DNA of 64,000 nt from Candidatus Nanoarchaeia archaeon. Lineage in GTDB: Archaea; Nanobdellota; Nanobdellia; Woesearchaeales; UBA525. The DNA lies in contig JANQNB010000011.1 of assembly GCA_028279755.1 (NCBI GenBank), positions 4,501 through 68,500 of the forward strand. Direction: 5' to 3'. Below the pieces are notes generated by a model. That model saw nothing but the letters and a program-made list of their open reading frames with translations, searched no databases and was not told the DNA's origin. Positions 37,268 through 45,877 of this stretch are shown here, piece after piece (the stretch's first letter is position 1; the number at the start of each line of letters is the position of its first letter). Position numbers and translations under genes: made by a program.

Positions 37268-38136
37268 CTTCTCGGACCGGTTCGTCTTGGGCCTCTTGGT
37301 CCGTCTCGTCGTGGGCCTCTCGGACCGTCACGCCGCGGACCTCTCGGGCCGTCTCGTCGCGGGCCTCGTGGACCATCATGTCGCGGACGTCGGTCTTCAG
37401 GGAATTCTTCATCGGGTTTCATCTCGATCTTCTTCCCTGTCTTCTTCTCAAGCCATTGCTTCATCCGGTCGGTCAGGCCAGGCACGTGCGCTTCCACCTC
37501 GATCTTGCGGATAGACTCCACAGCCAGGAGTTCCTGTTCCGGCTCGCCGTTGAGCCAGACAAGGCCGTTCTGCCCGACTGTGAGCTGGCAGCTCGTCGCT
37601 TGCTTGATCATGCTGACCATGCTGCCCCGCTTGCCGATGATCCGCGGGACTTTCGCTGCATTGACTTTCAGGATGCGGCCGCCTTTCAGCTTTCTCAGGC
37701 CTGGCCCCTTCATGGACACGTCCACGAGGTTCTGGCTGGTCACCTGGAAGATCTTACACACGACGTACTCGTCGAGGTCGAAGAAGCTCGTCAGGTCAGC
37801 GCCCTTCTTGATGTAGTCGAAGGTCGCGTCTTTCAGTGGCAGCACCGCGCTATACGGGCTGTTGGTGTCGAGTCGCCATCCGGTCATGAGGATGTCGATC
37901 ACCTTGCCGATGATCACGTCGTGTCGCTTCGGCAGGTAGACGCCGGCCAGGGGGATCGTCTTCAAGACCTTGCCTTCCACGATAAGGAGGCCGGTCTGGT
38001 TTGCGTAGATCCGATCGTCTTTGCGATACGTCCCTTGGCTCGGTAAGTATTCCATTCCTTCAGCAAGCACTTCGCCTGGCACGACCACATCATGGTCCTT
38101 CACCAGGAGCTTGCTCTGTTCTTTCGCTTCTGTCAT
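37264..38136 (-). CDS. rrp4: Exosome complex RNA-binding protein Rrp4 (S1 + KH) with an RDGPRGPR-repeat C-terminal tail
   Basis: S1 and KH (IIGKRGSMV) domains. C-terminus: RHDGPRGPRRDGPRGPRRDGPRGPRRDGPRGPRRTGPRR. Confidence 0.9.
   Translation of the reverse strand: MTEAKEQSKLLVKDHDVVVPGEVLAEGMEYLPSQGTYRKDDRIYANQTGLLIVEGKVLKTIPLAGVYLPKRHDVIIGKVIDILMTGWRLDTNSPYSAVLPLKDATFDYIKKGADLTSFFDLDEYVVCKIFQVTSQNLVDVSMKGPGLRKLKGGRILKVNAAKVPRIIGKRGSMVSMIKQATSCQLTVGQNGLVWLNGEPEQELLAVESIRKIEVEAHVPGLTDRMKQWLEKKTGKKIEMKPDEEFPEDRRPRHDGPRGPRRDGPRGPRRDGPRGPRRDGPRGPRRTGPRR
37270..37392. repeat. Five imperfect tandem copies of a 24-bp repeat (coding the Arg/Gly/Pro octapeptide tail of Rrp4)
   Basis: Units such as GGTCCGTCTCGTCGTGGGCCTCTC, GGACCGTCACGCCGCGGACCTCTC and GGGCCGTCTCGTCGCGGGCCTCGT. 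Confidence 0.6.
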
Positions 38137-38144
38137 GTATTCAC

Positions 38145-38867
38145 CTATTCTTTCTTTTCTTCAATCGTCGCGCCACCATGCGTGGCGTTGTTGACCAGGT
38201 CTGCGAGCTCGCCTTTCATGCCGGCAGGGAGCTCGACATCCGCTTCCCACGAGCCGTCGTTCTTCCAGTTGTCCTTGACGATCTTCGCGATCCTGGAGAT
38301 CTCGCCGTACATCTTGCCAGCATACTGGCTCGGCACGTGCACGACGAGCTTCGCTGTCTCGAAGCGGAGCGGGAGTATTGGCTGCAGCTTCTTCACCACG
38401 TCCTGGAGCTGCTGGTCGATGGTGCGGAACTCGTCGACCTTGACTTTTGCCTCGTCGAACGCGAGCTCAATACGTTTTTCCGGATGCGGATTCCCGGTCT
38501 TCGGGTCGATCGCGTTGCGATGGATTTTCGCGATCAACTGACGGAGCTTTGCTGCGCGTACCTTGTCCCGGTACTCGGCTGTCAACTGGATCTCGCCCTC
38601 GTCCAGGATCTTGCGCGCGACTCCCTCGAAATCGGATGCGCCGAGGATCGCAGTCATCCGGTCAGGGCTTGCGAGTTCGCCCTTCTTCGCGTCACAGAAG
38701 ATCTTTTCTGCACGCACGACGTTGTTCATCGCGCCTTTGCCGCTCTCCTTGAATGCGATGGCAGCGTCAGGATCGACCACGACCTCGAAGATCTCGCCAC
38801 CTTTTCGTAAGCGTGCGAGATTGAAGGAAACACGTTCCTGGTCATAGGTCGGTCCGCCGCGCATCAT
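38145..38867 (-). CDS. sdo1: SBDS-family ribosome maturation protein (Sdo1)
   Basis: VVRAEKIFCDAKKGE FYSH-domain signature, 240 aa. Conserved superoperon position. Confidence 0.85.
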   Translation of the reverse strand: MMRGGPTYDQERVSFNLARLRKGGEIFEVVVDPDAAIAFKESGKGAMNNVVRAEKIFCDAKKGELASPDRMTAILGASDFEGVARKILDEGEIQLTAEYRDKVRAAKLRQLIAKIHRNAIDPKTGNPHPEKRIELAFDEAKVKVDEFRTIDQQLQDVVKKLQPILPLRFETAKLVVHVPSQYAGKMYGEISRIAKIVKDNWKNDGSWEADVELPAGMKGELADLVNNATHGGATIEEKKE

Positions 38868-38868
38868 T

Positions 38869-39591
38869 TCACCCCTTGATCAATTTGCTCACTTGCGTGT
38901 TGGTGAGTTTTTCCATCACGCCTGTGCTCTTCCTGACGATGGCCGCGTCGATCCGCTCGAGGTTGAAATCCTTGCCGTCGATCGCCTTGCGCAATGCTTC
39001 GATGCAGATCTTCAGGCCCTGCTCGACTGTCAGGCTGTCCTTGTACTCCTTGTGCAGAATCTCCTCGATCTCAGTCTCGCCCTCGCCGATGACGACAGCC
39101 TTGTACTCGTAGAACAGCCCTGTCGGATCTGTCTGGAAGAGCTTGAGCCCGTGCTCGTCAGTGCCTGCTACCAGGAGGCTGACGCCGAAGGGGCGGAGTC
39201 CGCCGCTCTGGGTGCAGAACTGCTTGACATTGCACAGGTCCTTGACCACGCTGAGAATGTCGATCGGGCTGTCGTACGTGATGCGGTAGCCGGTCGCTTT
39301 CTCCTGGGCTCGCTCGACCAGGATGCGCGCATCGCTCAGGATGCCGGCGCCGGTCGCCATGATATGGTCGTCGACCTGCCAGATTTTCTCGATAGCCTCG
39401 GGAACGACGAGCTTGTCCACCAGGCGCTTGTCTGTCACGAGGATGACGCCGTCAGCGCACACCATTCCGATGGCAGTGTTGCCAAGCCGCACTGTCTTCT
39501 TCGCATACTCGACTTGCAAGAGCCTGCCGTCAGGACTGAACATGGTGATCGCACGATCATATCCCATCATTTGATGCTGCATTGGTTGCAT
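38869..39591 (-). CDS. psmA: Proteasome subunit alpha
   Basis: YDRAITMFSPDGRLLQVEYA N-terminal signature, 240 aa. Confidence 0.9.
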   Translation of the reverse strand: MQPMQHQMMGYDRAITMFSPDGRLLQVEYAKKTVRLGNTAIGMVCADGVILVTDKRLVDKLVVPEAIEKIWQVDDHIMATGAGILSDARILVERAQEKATGYRITYDSPIDILSVVKDLCNVKQFCTQSGGLRPFGVSLLVAGTDEHGLKLFQTDPTGLFYEYKAVVIGEGETEIEEILHKEYKDSLTVEQGLKICIEALRKAIDGKDFNLERIDAAIVRKSTGVMEKLTNTQVSKLIKG

Positions 39592-39603
39592 TATTGATCC
39601 ACC

Positions 39604-39963
39604 TCATGTTGCTTTTTGGATGAGTGTCCGTTGTGCTGGCAGGAAGCGCTCTGTCTTCTTCAGGATGCCAGAGACGCCGCGCACGCGCGGGATGACCTGT
39701 TGCGAGCCGATCGTGGTGAGCAGGAGGAGCGCTGCTTTCACCTTGTCCACGCTCGCATGGCTCACCCGGAGGATGCCGCTCTGCGTCTTCTGGTCGTAGC
39801 GCACTGGCAGGATGCCTGCCTTTGCGCTGTCGAACAGGCCCAGACGCGCTCTCAGATGGTCCAGAACAGCCTGTTCAGGCGCTCTGCCAAGAGATTTCTG
39901 ACTCAGTAATTCATACACGATATATCGCTTCCGTTCTTTCAGTGTTGGTAACAGGGGTTTCAT
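39604..39963 (-). CDS. rnp2: RNase P protein component Pop5 (Rnp2)
   Basis: 119 aa, LKERKRYIVYEL Pop5-like N-terminus. Conserved position upstream of psmA in the exosome superoperon. Confidence 0.7.
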   Translation of the reverse strand: MKPLLPTLKERKRYIVYELLSQKSLGRAPEQAVLDHLRARLGLFDSAKAGILPVRYDQKTQSGILRVSHASVDKVKAALLLLTTIGSQQVIPRVRGVSGILKKTERFLPAQRTLIQKAT

Positions 39964-40094
39964 GGTGCAAGAAGCAAATGCCCCTCTCGCTTGTGTCTCT
40001 GTCGGAGTCGCGAGAAAGGAGATTCATTTAAAAAGCTTTTCTCTGTTTTCCGGGTCATAATACTTATAAAGGCCGCGTGCTTGGCTGCTCCTGG

Positions 40095-40289
40095 GTGGTG
40101 TTTGTGGCGACCAAGAAAAAGACCCCGAAATCGAAGGCAAAAGTTGAGATCTACGAAGCGAAGAAGCGTATCAAGAAAGGTGCGCGCGACACTGACAACT
40201 GGGTGCGGAAGCATCCCTGGGAGAGCGTGGGCATCGCAGCGCTTGCGGGAGCGGTGCTGGGCAAGCTCTTCTTCCGGAGGAAGAGGTGA
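40095..40289 (+). CDS. DUF883-like (YqjD/ElaB-like) small tail-anchored protein
   Basis: C-terminal RKHPWESVGIAALAGAVLGKLFFRRKR matches the ElaB/YqjD ENPWxSVG...LG..L anchor motif. GTG start ~29 bp after TATA 40059-40066 (start codon uncertain: 40095, 40098 or 40104). Confidence 0.45.
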   Translation: MVFVATKKKTPKSKAKVEIYEAKKRIKKGARDTDNWVRKHPWESVGIAALAGAVLGKLFFRRKR

Positions 40290-40294
40290 ATTCC

Positions 40295-40600
40295 ATGGCG
40301 AAATGGTGGAAAGAATTCTTAGCAAGCGTCGCACCTGTGGCTGGCGCTGCAGCCGGCACGTTCCGGGAAGCGGCGCGCGAAACAATGCGGGAAGCGCAGG
40401 AACGCGTGCGTGAAGTGACGCGCATGGTCATCAAAGCCATGGTCGTGTTCTTGATCGTGGCGCTTGGTTTCATCTACGTGCTGAACGGGCTTGCGAAGTA
40501 TCTTGAAGCTGCCAATGGCTGGGCGCCAGGCATGGGCACCATCGTTGTCGGCGGCGTCATGGTCGTGCTCGGCCTGTTCGCAGTCCTGATCAGGCGATGA
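40295..40600 (+). CDS. YqjE-like (holin-superfamily-III-like) 2-TM membrane protein
   Basis: Soluble N-terminus then two TM helices. GGAGG lies 14 bp before the ATG. Translationally coupled to the upstream gene. Confidence 0.5.
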   Translation: MAKWWKEFLASVAPVAGAAAGTFREAARETMREAQERVREVTRMVIKAMVVFLIVALGFIYVLNGLAKYLEAANGWAPGMGTIVVGGVMVVLGLFAVLIRR

Positions 40601-40902
40601 ATGTCATGAAGCTCGTGCGGGACAAGATCCCGCTGGATTTTCCAGACACGCCTGCAGACAGCTATCACACTGCGGATGACGAAGAGTTCTTCACTGCTTT
40701 GCTTGATAAGTTGAATGAGGAAACTGTCGAGTATGTCGCTGAGCGTTCCATGGACGAGCTTGCAGACATGCTCGAAGTCCTGCACGCGCTCGCAGCATTG
40801 GATGGCATCGATTGGAAAGAGCTCGAGCAGCGACGCATTGCGAAACGAGAAGAGAAAGGCGGTTTCGACAAACGGATTCTCTGGATTAAGAAGGAGAGTT
40901 AG
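40597..40902 (+). CDS. MazG-like all-alpha NTP pyrophosphohydrolase
   Basis: KLVRDKIP N-terminal motif and the EEL/LEVL acidic helix pattern of small MazG-type NTP-PPases. ATGA overlap with the upstream gene. Confidence 0.7.
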   Translation: MNVMKLVRDKIPLDFPDTPADSYHTADDEEFFTALLDKLNEETVEYVAERSMDELADMLEVLHALAALDGIDWKELEQRRIAKREEKGGFDKRILWIKKES

Positions 40903-40908
40903 ATAGTA

Positions 40909-43452
40909 TTACTTCTTCAACTCTTCAATGTCTTTCATAAACCTTCTGAGTGTGTTCATCACGTGCTCTGGTTGGGTCTGCAGGCGGCGCGCGGCTTCGA
41001 CTAGCACGTCGCCGTCGAAAGATTCGAGCTTGGCAGTCTCTAAGGTTTTCCATGGGATGTCCTTGCCTTTCTTTGACAGCTTCTTGGCTTTTTTCCACAT
41101 GGTGAACACGCGCTCTGCTGCTGCAGGAACAAGCTTGTCGTCGTCAACGCCAAGGAATGCTTTCAGCTCGTCGAGCTTGTCAGCTTTCTCATGCGCGAGC
41201 TTCTCTGCAGCCAAGCCAGCAGTGAATTCGATGCGAACAATGCCGTCCTGCACTTTTGTCGAGCGCAGGATGCGGATATAACCTGCTTCGCTCGTCGTGT
41301 TCAGGTGCGTACCGCCGCAGGCTTCGGTGTCAAAGCCAGGAATGTCCACGACCCGAATCTCTTTGCCAGGAACCGCGCCGCCTTGATACAAGCGGAAACC
41401 GTGCTCTGCTTCCGCAAGGCTCTTCGCCTGCACCTGTTTCGTGAGTGGGATGTTCTTCTGCACCATGGCGTTCGCTTCCTGCTCGATCGCCTGCAATTCC
41501 TCGTCGGTGATCGTATCATAGTGCGTAATGTCGAGACGTCCTTTCTCTGTCGTCTTTGCCGCGCCTGCCTGCCAGACATGGTTGCCCAGCACTTTCTTCG
41601 CTGCACCGTTGATGATGTGCGCGGCAGTGTGATGCTGCGCCAACTGCATCCGGCGGTCGATGTCGATGTGGCCTTGCACGATCTCGCCTTTCTTCCACGC
41701 GACTTTCGAACCGAGCTTGTGGATGATCACACCATCCTGCTTGAACACATCTACCACTGGAATGTCATTCAGCGTGCCAGTGTCATGCTCCTGGCCGCCG
41801 CTTGTCGGATAGAAGGCGGTGCGTTCCAAGACGACCTTGTCGCTGTCGATGACCATCATGACCGGTGCGGTGAATTCGACATAATCCCACGAGTCGAAGT
41901 ACAGGATGCTCGTGTTCGGGATCCCGTTCAGGTCGAACTTGTGCTCTTTGGCTGTCTGCACCTTGTGATCCTTGCCTTCGTGCCGTTCAGCGATCAAGCC
42001 GTAAAAGTTCTCAGGGATGTCTATTGTGATCTTCTGTTTCTTGCCTTCCTCAGCAACATGTTCTGGCTGAATCCCTTGCTCGTCATAGAGCTTGAGCAAT
42101 TGCTCTTTGGAGACCTTGCCTTTTGTGAGGAGGTTCCGGATTATCTGCGAGGAACGCTTCTTGTTCTCGAGATACTTCTGCTTCTCCACTGCGAGAATCT
42201 TCTTCACGTCATCGATGTTCTCGAGCAATTCGGGAAACAAGGGCTTGAGATACTGCGCGTGCCATTCTGCCACAAGGCCCATGTCCACGTCCCACTCATA
42301 GCGCTCGATGAATCCCTGCGCACGACGATAGATCATGCGGAGGTTGTAGCCGCCGCCGACATTCGAGGGCAGGGCGCCGTCAGCGAGCGCAAATAAGAGC
42401 GAACGCGCGTGCTCGGCAATGGCGTAGATCGCGGTCATCGGCCCGATCTTCTCGCGCAATTCCTCGGCAGGAATGCCGACCTCTTGTGACACGCGCGCCC
42501 AGGCCTCGTTGATATCGTCGATCTCGTCGAGATTCAGGAACGCGGCATACGGGATGTATTTGTGCATGAGCTCTTCGTCATAACTCACTTTTGTCCGTTC
42601 TTTCAGTTCCTTGATCACTGTCGGGAAGGTCGCGTCGTAGATCGTCCCGCGACCTTGCGAGAACCAGGCGTTGCGCTCGTGGCCCATGCCCATGTCCAGC
42701 ACCTTGAGCTGCAGTTCGCGATAGCCATCAGGCGCGTCGTCATCCTGCTCGAACATCATGTAGACCTGATTCCCTAATTCCACGCCGCGGCTGAAGTATT
42801 CCATGCACGGGCCGAAATTGCCGCCCCCAGCCCAGGCATCCTCATGGAAGGTGATCTCCTCGTAGGGAAGGCCAAGCCCTTCGGTGAGCCAGTCGAAGAT
42901 GTCCTCGAACACCTTGTCCTGGTCCCATTCCTGCTCTGTCACGAACGCGTGCTGGCCGATCATGATGAAGCCGGTCATATGGCTCATAGTGACGCCGACG
43001 TTGTCGGTGTCGCCGAAGCGCAGGCAGAACTGTGGGATGACGAGCTGCTTTGCCGGTGCCTCGACCTCGCCGCTGACAACGTATGGCTGGAACGCGGCGA
43101 TGCTCGCGATGGTGAAATCCATCGTCGGGTTCCAGCGTGCAACGACCGGGTAGCGGGGCGTGACTGCATAGCCTTTCTTTTCGAACATGCGTGCGAACTC
43201 TTTCCAGGTGGTGATGTAATCCATTTCCTTCTTGCACGGATTATTGTCAAATAAGGTGAAGCCGCCAGCGCACGACGCGTCGCCGCATACTGTTTGATCC
43301 TTATTGACAGTCCAGAACCAAGTCTTGCACGTGCCGCACTGCTTGCGCGCGAATCCGCGCTGTTGCAGCACAGCGGTGGCATAGTATTTTTCAGGATCCT
43401 TGGACGCCTCGCCCTTGAACCACTTCTTCGTATCCTTGTCTGAACGCACCAT
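40909..43452 (-). CDS. alaS: Alanyl-tRNA synthetase
   Basis: 847 aa, archaeal AlaRS with an editing-domain HxxxH motif (HTAAHII) and a C-terminal domain. Confidence 0.92.
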   Translation of the reverse strand: MVRSDKDTKKWFKGEASKDPEKYYATAVLQQRGFARKQCGTCKTWFWTVNKDQTVCGDASCAGGFTLFDNNPCKKEMDYITTWKEFARMFEKKGYAVTPRYPVVARWNPTMDFTIASIAAFQPYVVSGEVEAPAKQLVIPQFCLRFGDTDNVGVTMSHMTGFIMIGQHAFVTEQEWDQDKVFEDIFDWLTEGLGLPYEEITFHEDAWAGGGNFGPCMEYFSRGVELGNQVYMMFEQDDDAPDGYRELQLKVLDMGMGHERNAWFSQGRGTIYDATFPTVIKELKERTKVSYDEELMHKYIPYAAFLNLDEIDDINEAWARVSQEVGIPAEELREKIGPMTAIYAIAEHARSLLFALADGALPSNVGGGYNLRMIYRRAQGFIERYEWDVDMGLVAEWHAQYLKPLFPELLENIDDVKKILAVEKQKYLENKKRSSQIIRNLLTKGKVSKEQLLKLYDEQGIQPEHVAEEGKKQKITIDIPENFYGLIAERHEGKDHKVQTAKEHKFDLNGIPNTSILYFDSWDYVEFTAPVMMVIDSDKVVLERTAFYPTSGGQEHDTGTLNDIPVVDVFKQDGVIIHKLGSKVAWKKGEIVQGHIDIDRRMQLAQHHTAAHIINGAAKKVLGNHVWQAGAAKTTEKGRLDITHYDTITDEELQAIEQEANAMVQKNIPLTKQVQAKSLAEAEHGFRLYQGGAVPGKEIRVVDIPGFDTEACGGTHLNTTSEAGYIRILRSTKVQDGIVRIEFTAGLAAEKLAHEKADKLDELKAFLGVDDDKLVPAAAERVFTMWKKAKKLSKKGKDIPWKTLETAKLESFDGDVLVEAARRLQTQPEHVMNTLRRFMKDIEELKK

Positions 43453-43498
43453 ACTCGCCAGTGGCGCTCAGCGCTTAATAAAGATTCTTGTGCTGCGC

Positions 43499-44194
43499 TC
43501 AGCCCGTGACGATCGTGCCCTTGAATTCTTCGCCACAGAGCGCTTTGCGCACGTTCTTCATGTCTTCTGCAGAAAGGATGGCGACTTCCAGGCCTTGCTC
43601 TTGGCAGAGCTTTGCCGCGACCGGATCGAACGGCACGTGCAGGCCAGGGCTCCAGTCGTCGCCGATGATCGCGCGCAGCTCGCTCCAGTTCAATCGCTCA
43701 TGCGGTTTTGCTTCCGGATTCTTCTTCGGATCCTCAGTGAAAACCTGAGAGACATTGCTCAAATTGACGAAGCGTTTCGCGCCGATGCGCTCTGCGATGA
43801 CTGCCGCGTCGTAATCTGTGCTGAATCCCGGACGCCAGCCAGCGCCCACGATGATCTTGTGCTGTGCAGCCTTTGGCAATGGGTCATCGCGTGGATTTGT
43901 GATGATCCGCTGGTACGCATCGTCGCGGAAGATGGTGCGGAGCAGGTGCGCATTCAGCCGTGTCGAATGGATGCCGAGCCAGTCGAGATCATCAGCCGGC
44001 ACCTTGCACAGCGCGGCAGCTGCGCGTTGGTATTCCCGCGCGGTCGAGCCGCCGCCGGTGATCAAGACAAACCGATAGCCGTCTTCTACCAATTCATGGA
44101 TCAAGGCGGTGAGCTGGCGCAAGAACTCGGTGTCGACCCCGTCAGGGACGATCAGGCTGCCGCCCAGGCTTACTACAACCCACTGCGCATCCAT
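43499..44194 (-). CDS. pyrH: UMP kinase (archaeal)
   Basis: Start at Met MDAQWVVVSLGGS. Amino-acid kinase fold with the ITGGG motif, 231 aa. The longer ORF-track form adds an implausible 155-aa N-terminus. Confidence 0.85.
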   Translation of the reverse strand: MDAQWVVVSLGGSLIVPDGVDTEFLRQLTALIHELVEDGYRFVLITGGGSTAREYQRAAAALCKVPADDLDWLGIHSTRLNAHLLRTIFRDDAYQRIITNPRDDPLPKAAQHKIIVGAGWRPGFSTDYDAAVIAERIGAKRFVNLSNVSQVFTEDPKKNPEAKPHERLNWSELRAIIGDDWSPGLHVPFDPVAAKLCQEQGLEVAILSAEDMKNVRKALCGEEFKGTIVTG

Positions 44195-44216
44195 GCCCAG
44201 AGGCGCTGCGATAATA

Positions 44217-44224
44217 TTTATAAA
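44217..44224. promoter_or_regulatory. Perfectly palindromic TATA (TTTATAAA) centred between divergent leaderless genes
   Basis: Exactly 22-23 bp from pyrH ATG 44194 (-) and from ATG 44247 (+). Confidence 0.6.
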
Positions 44225-44246
44225 CATGCTGCTTCTTCGACCCAGA

Positions 44247-44897
44247 ATGGCGAGAAGGGCGCGACGGGAGGAAAAGAAGCGGCAACGCTGGGGCCAGATA
44301 GCGATCGGGCTCTTGCTCGTGGTGCTCATGGTCGTGTCGGTCGCGCAAGTCGCGGTCAACCAAGACCCGGGCGGCTCGTACAAGTTTAACGACCAGAAAT
44401 TCAGCCTGCAGAACGACTTCTTCACAGCAAAGATCGATGGCGAGGTGAAAGCCTTCCGGTATGCGCCTGTCCAGGGCGACATGTCCAACATCCTGTTCCA
44501 GAACGCGTTCGGCGACTTTGTGAACATCACCGCAACGCCAACCATCAATCTTTTCCTGCAGCAATCGACATATCTGCTCACGTTCGATCCGAACATGCCG
44601 CGCGAGATGCTGCCACTGATGGACCAGATCCGCTTCGAGCTCAGCGACGAGTTCGGCACAGTCTACAACGGCGTCACCGAGAACAGCACTGACTATCCTG
44701 GCCTGCAAGTGATCGACTGCCAGGTCGGCACGTCGCAAGTGCCGGTGATCAAGCTGACCTTCTCCAACGCGACACGCCCGTTCACGAATATCACCCTCGA
44801 CGGAAGCTGCATCGCAGTGCTTGGCGATCCCCAAGGCTTGCTGGCTGCGCGCGACTACCTCGTCCTGGGCAGGGCAGGGGTGATCCCTGATGGCTGA
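44247..44897 (+). CDS. Membrane-anchored extracellular protein (N-terminal TM), paralog 1
   Basis: MARRARREEKKRQRW then a TM helix, then a domain with N-glycosylation sequons (NIT, NAT, NST). Overlaps the next gene by 8 bp. Confidence 0.55.
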   Translation: MARRARREEKKRQRWGQIAIGLLLVVLMVVSVAQVAVNQDPGGSYKFNDQKFSLQNDFFTAKIDGEVKAFRYAPVQGDMSNILFQNAFGDFVNITATPTINLFLQQSTYLLTFDPNMPREMLPLMDQIRFELSDEFGTVYNGVTENSTDYPGLQVIDCQVGTSQVPVIKLTFSNATRPFTNITLDGSCIAVLGDPQGLLAARDYLVLGRAGVIPDG

Positions 44898-45546
44898 GCC
44901 TGCGCCAGACGCGACGAGCAAGCGATCGCTCCTCTTCGTGATCATCATCGCTGTCGTCATCGTCCTCGTCATTGTCGCGCCCCTGGCATATCGCGCATGG
45001 CAGTCGCGACAGCTCCTGACAGAGAACCGGTACAACGGTTTCGACTTTGTCGAGCAGCAGTTCGGTAACCTCACGCTCTGGACCACAGTGATCCAGGCGC
45101 GCGATCAGGCGTATACGATACCCTTCTATTTCCATCCGAGCGAAACCGAATCTGTCGTGATGCAACCGAACATCACCCAGCGATTACGACGGAACGATCT
45201 CCAACCTGAGGTGCTGTACATCTCCTTCCACCCTGATGCAGGCAGCGAAGCGGTCATCGCCGGCGTTGAGATCAGCAGGATCACCGGCTTCCGGTACAAC
45301 CTCCTGAACATCGAGACACACAGCGCACTGCACGAACCGGTCGGGAGTGCAGAAACCGTGATCATCACCTGCGAGGACGCCACTGCAAGCACTGGCGTGA
45401 TCTTCTTCGAAGAAGGCGATCACAGCTTGGTCACTGAAGACGCGCAGAACCCGTATTGCATCAGGCTCCAGTATAAGGATCCTGGCGATGCCAAGCGTGT
45501 CGCTGACCGCTTCATCTACGGAATCCTCCGCATCATGCCTGGATAG
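44890..45546 (+). CDS. Membrane-anchored extracellular protein (N-terminal TM), paralog 2
   Basis: Same architecture and size as the upstream gene. Both share FxFxxQxF-like spacing just after the TM. Confidence 0.55.
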   Translation: MAEPAPDATSKRSLLFVIIIAVVIVLVIVAPLAYRAWQSRQLLTENRYNGFDFVEQQFGNLTLWTTVIQARDQAYTIPFYFHPSETESVVMQPNITQRLRRNDLQPEVLYISFHPDAGSEAVIAGVEISRITGFRYNLLNIETHSALHEPVGSAETVIITCEDATASTGVIFFEEGDHSLVTEDAQNPYCIRLQYKDPGDAKRVADRFIYGILRIMPG

Positions 45547-45583
45547 GGAAAAGAATAAAAACCCTGGCCCCGGAAGCTTTCTC

Positions 45584-45877
45584 ATGCCGACTCGGAAACT
45601 CAATCAACAGCAATGGGAATTCGAGATCAAGCGCGCCATGCGGGTGAAGGATGCGCAGCAACGGCGCATGCGCAAAGCGAAATTCGCGTATTTTGAGCGG
45701 TATCTGAGCAAGTTCATGCCGCTTCCGATCATCCTCGGCCTGCTCGCGCTCTTCTTGCTTATCCATCTCTACGGCTGGCGCGAGTTCTTCAAGTTCTTCC
45801 TCAGCTGGATAGTTTCCTTGACGCTCGTGGCGACTGGCGCGTACTATCTCTGGAAATATTACGAACGACGGCTTTAA
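45584..45877 (+). CDS. Small 2-TM membrane protein
   Basis: 97 aa with a basic N-terminus and two hydrophobic helices. AT-rich promoter-like region ~25 bp upstream. Confidence 0.45.
   Translation: MPTRKLNQQQWEFEIKRAMRVKDAQQRRMRKAKFAYFERYLSKFMPLPIILGLLALFLLIHLYGWREFFKFFLSWIVSLTLVATGAYYLWKYYERRL

Noticed and set aside
43499-44659. 386-aa ORF-track version of pyrH with a 155-aa N-terminal extension.
   Set aside because: The extension is low-complexity and runs through the shared TATA box and the divergent gene start. UMP kinases start at the MDAQWVVVSLGGS-like motif.
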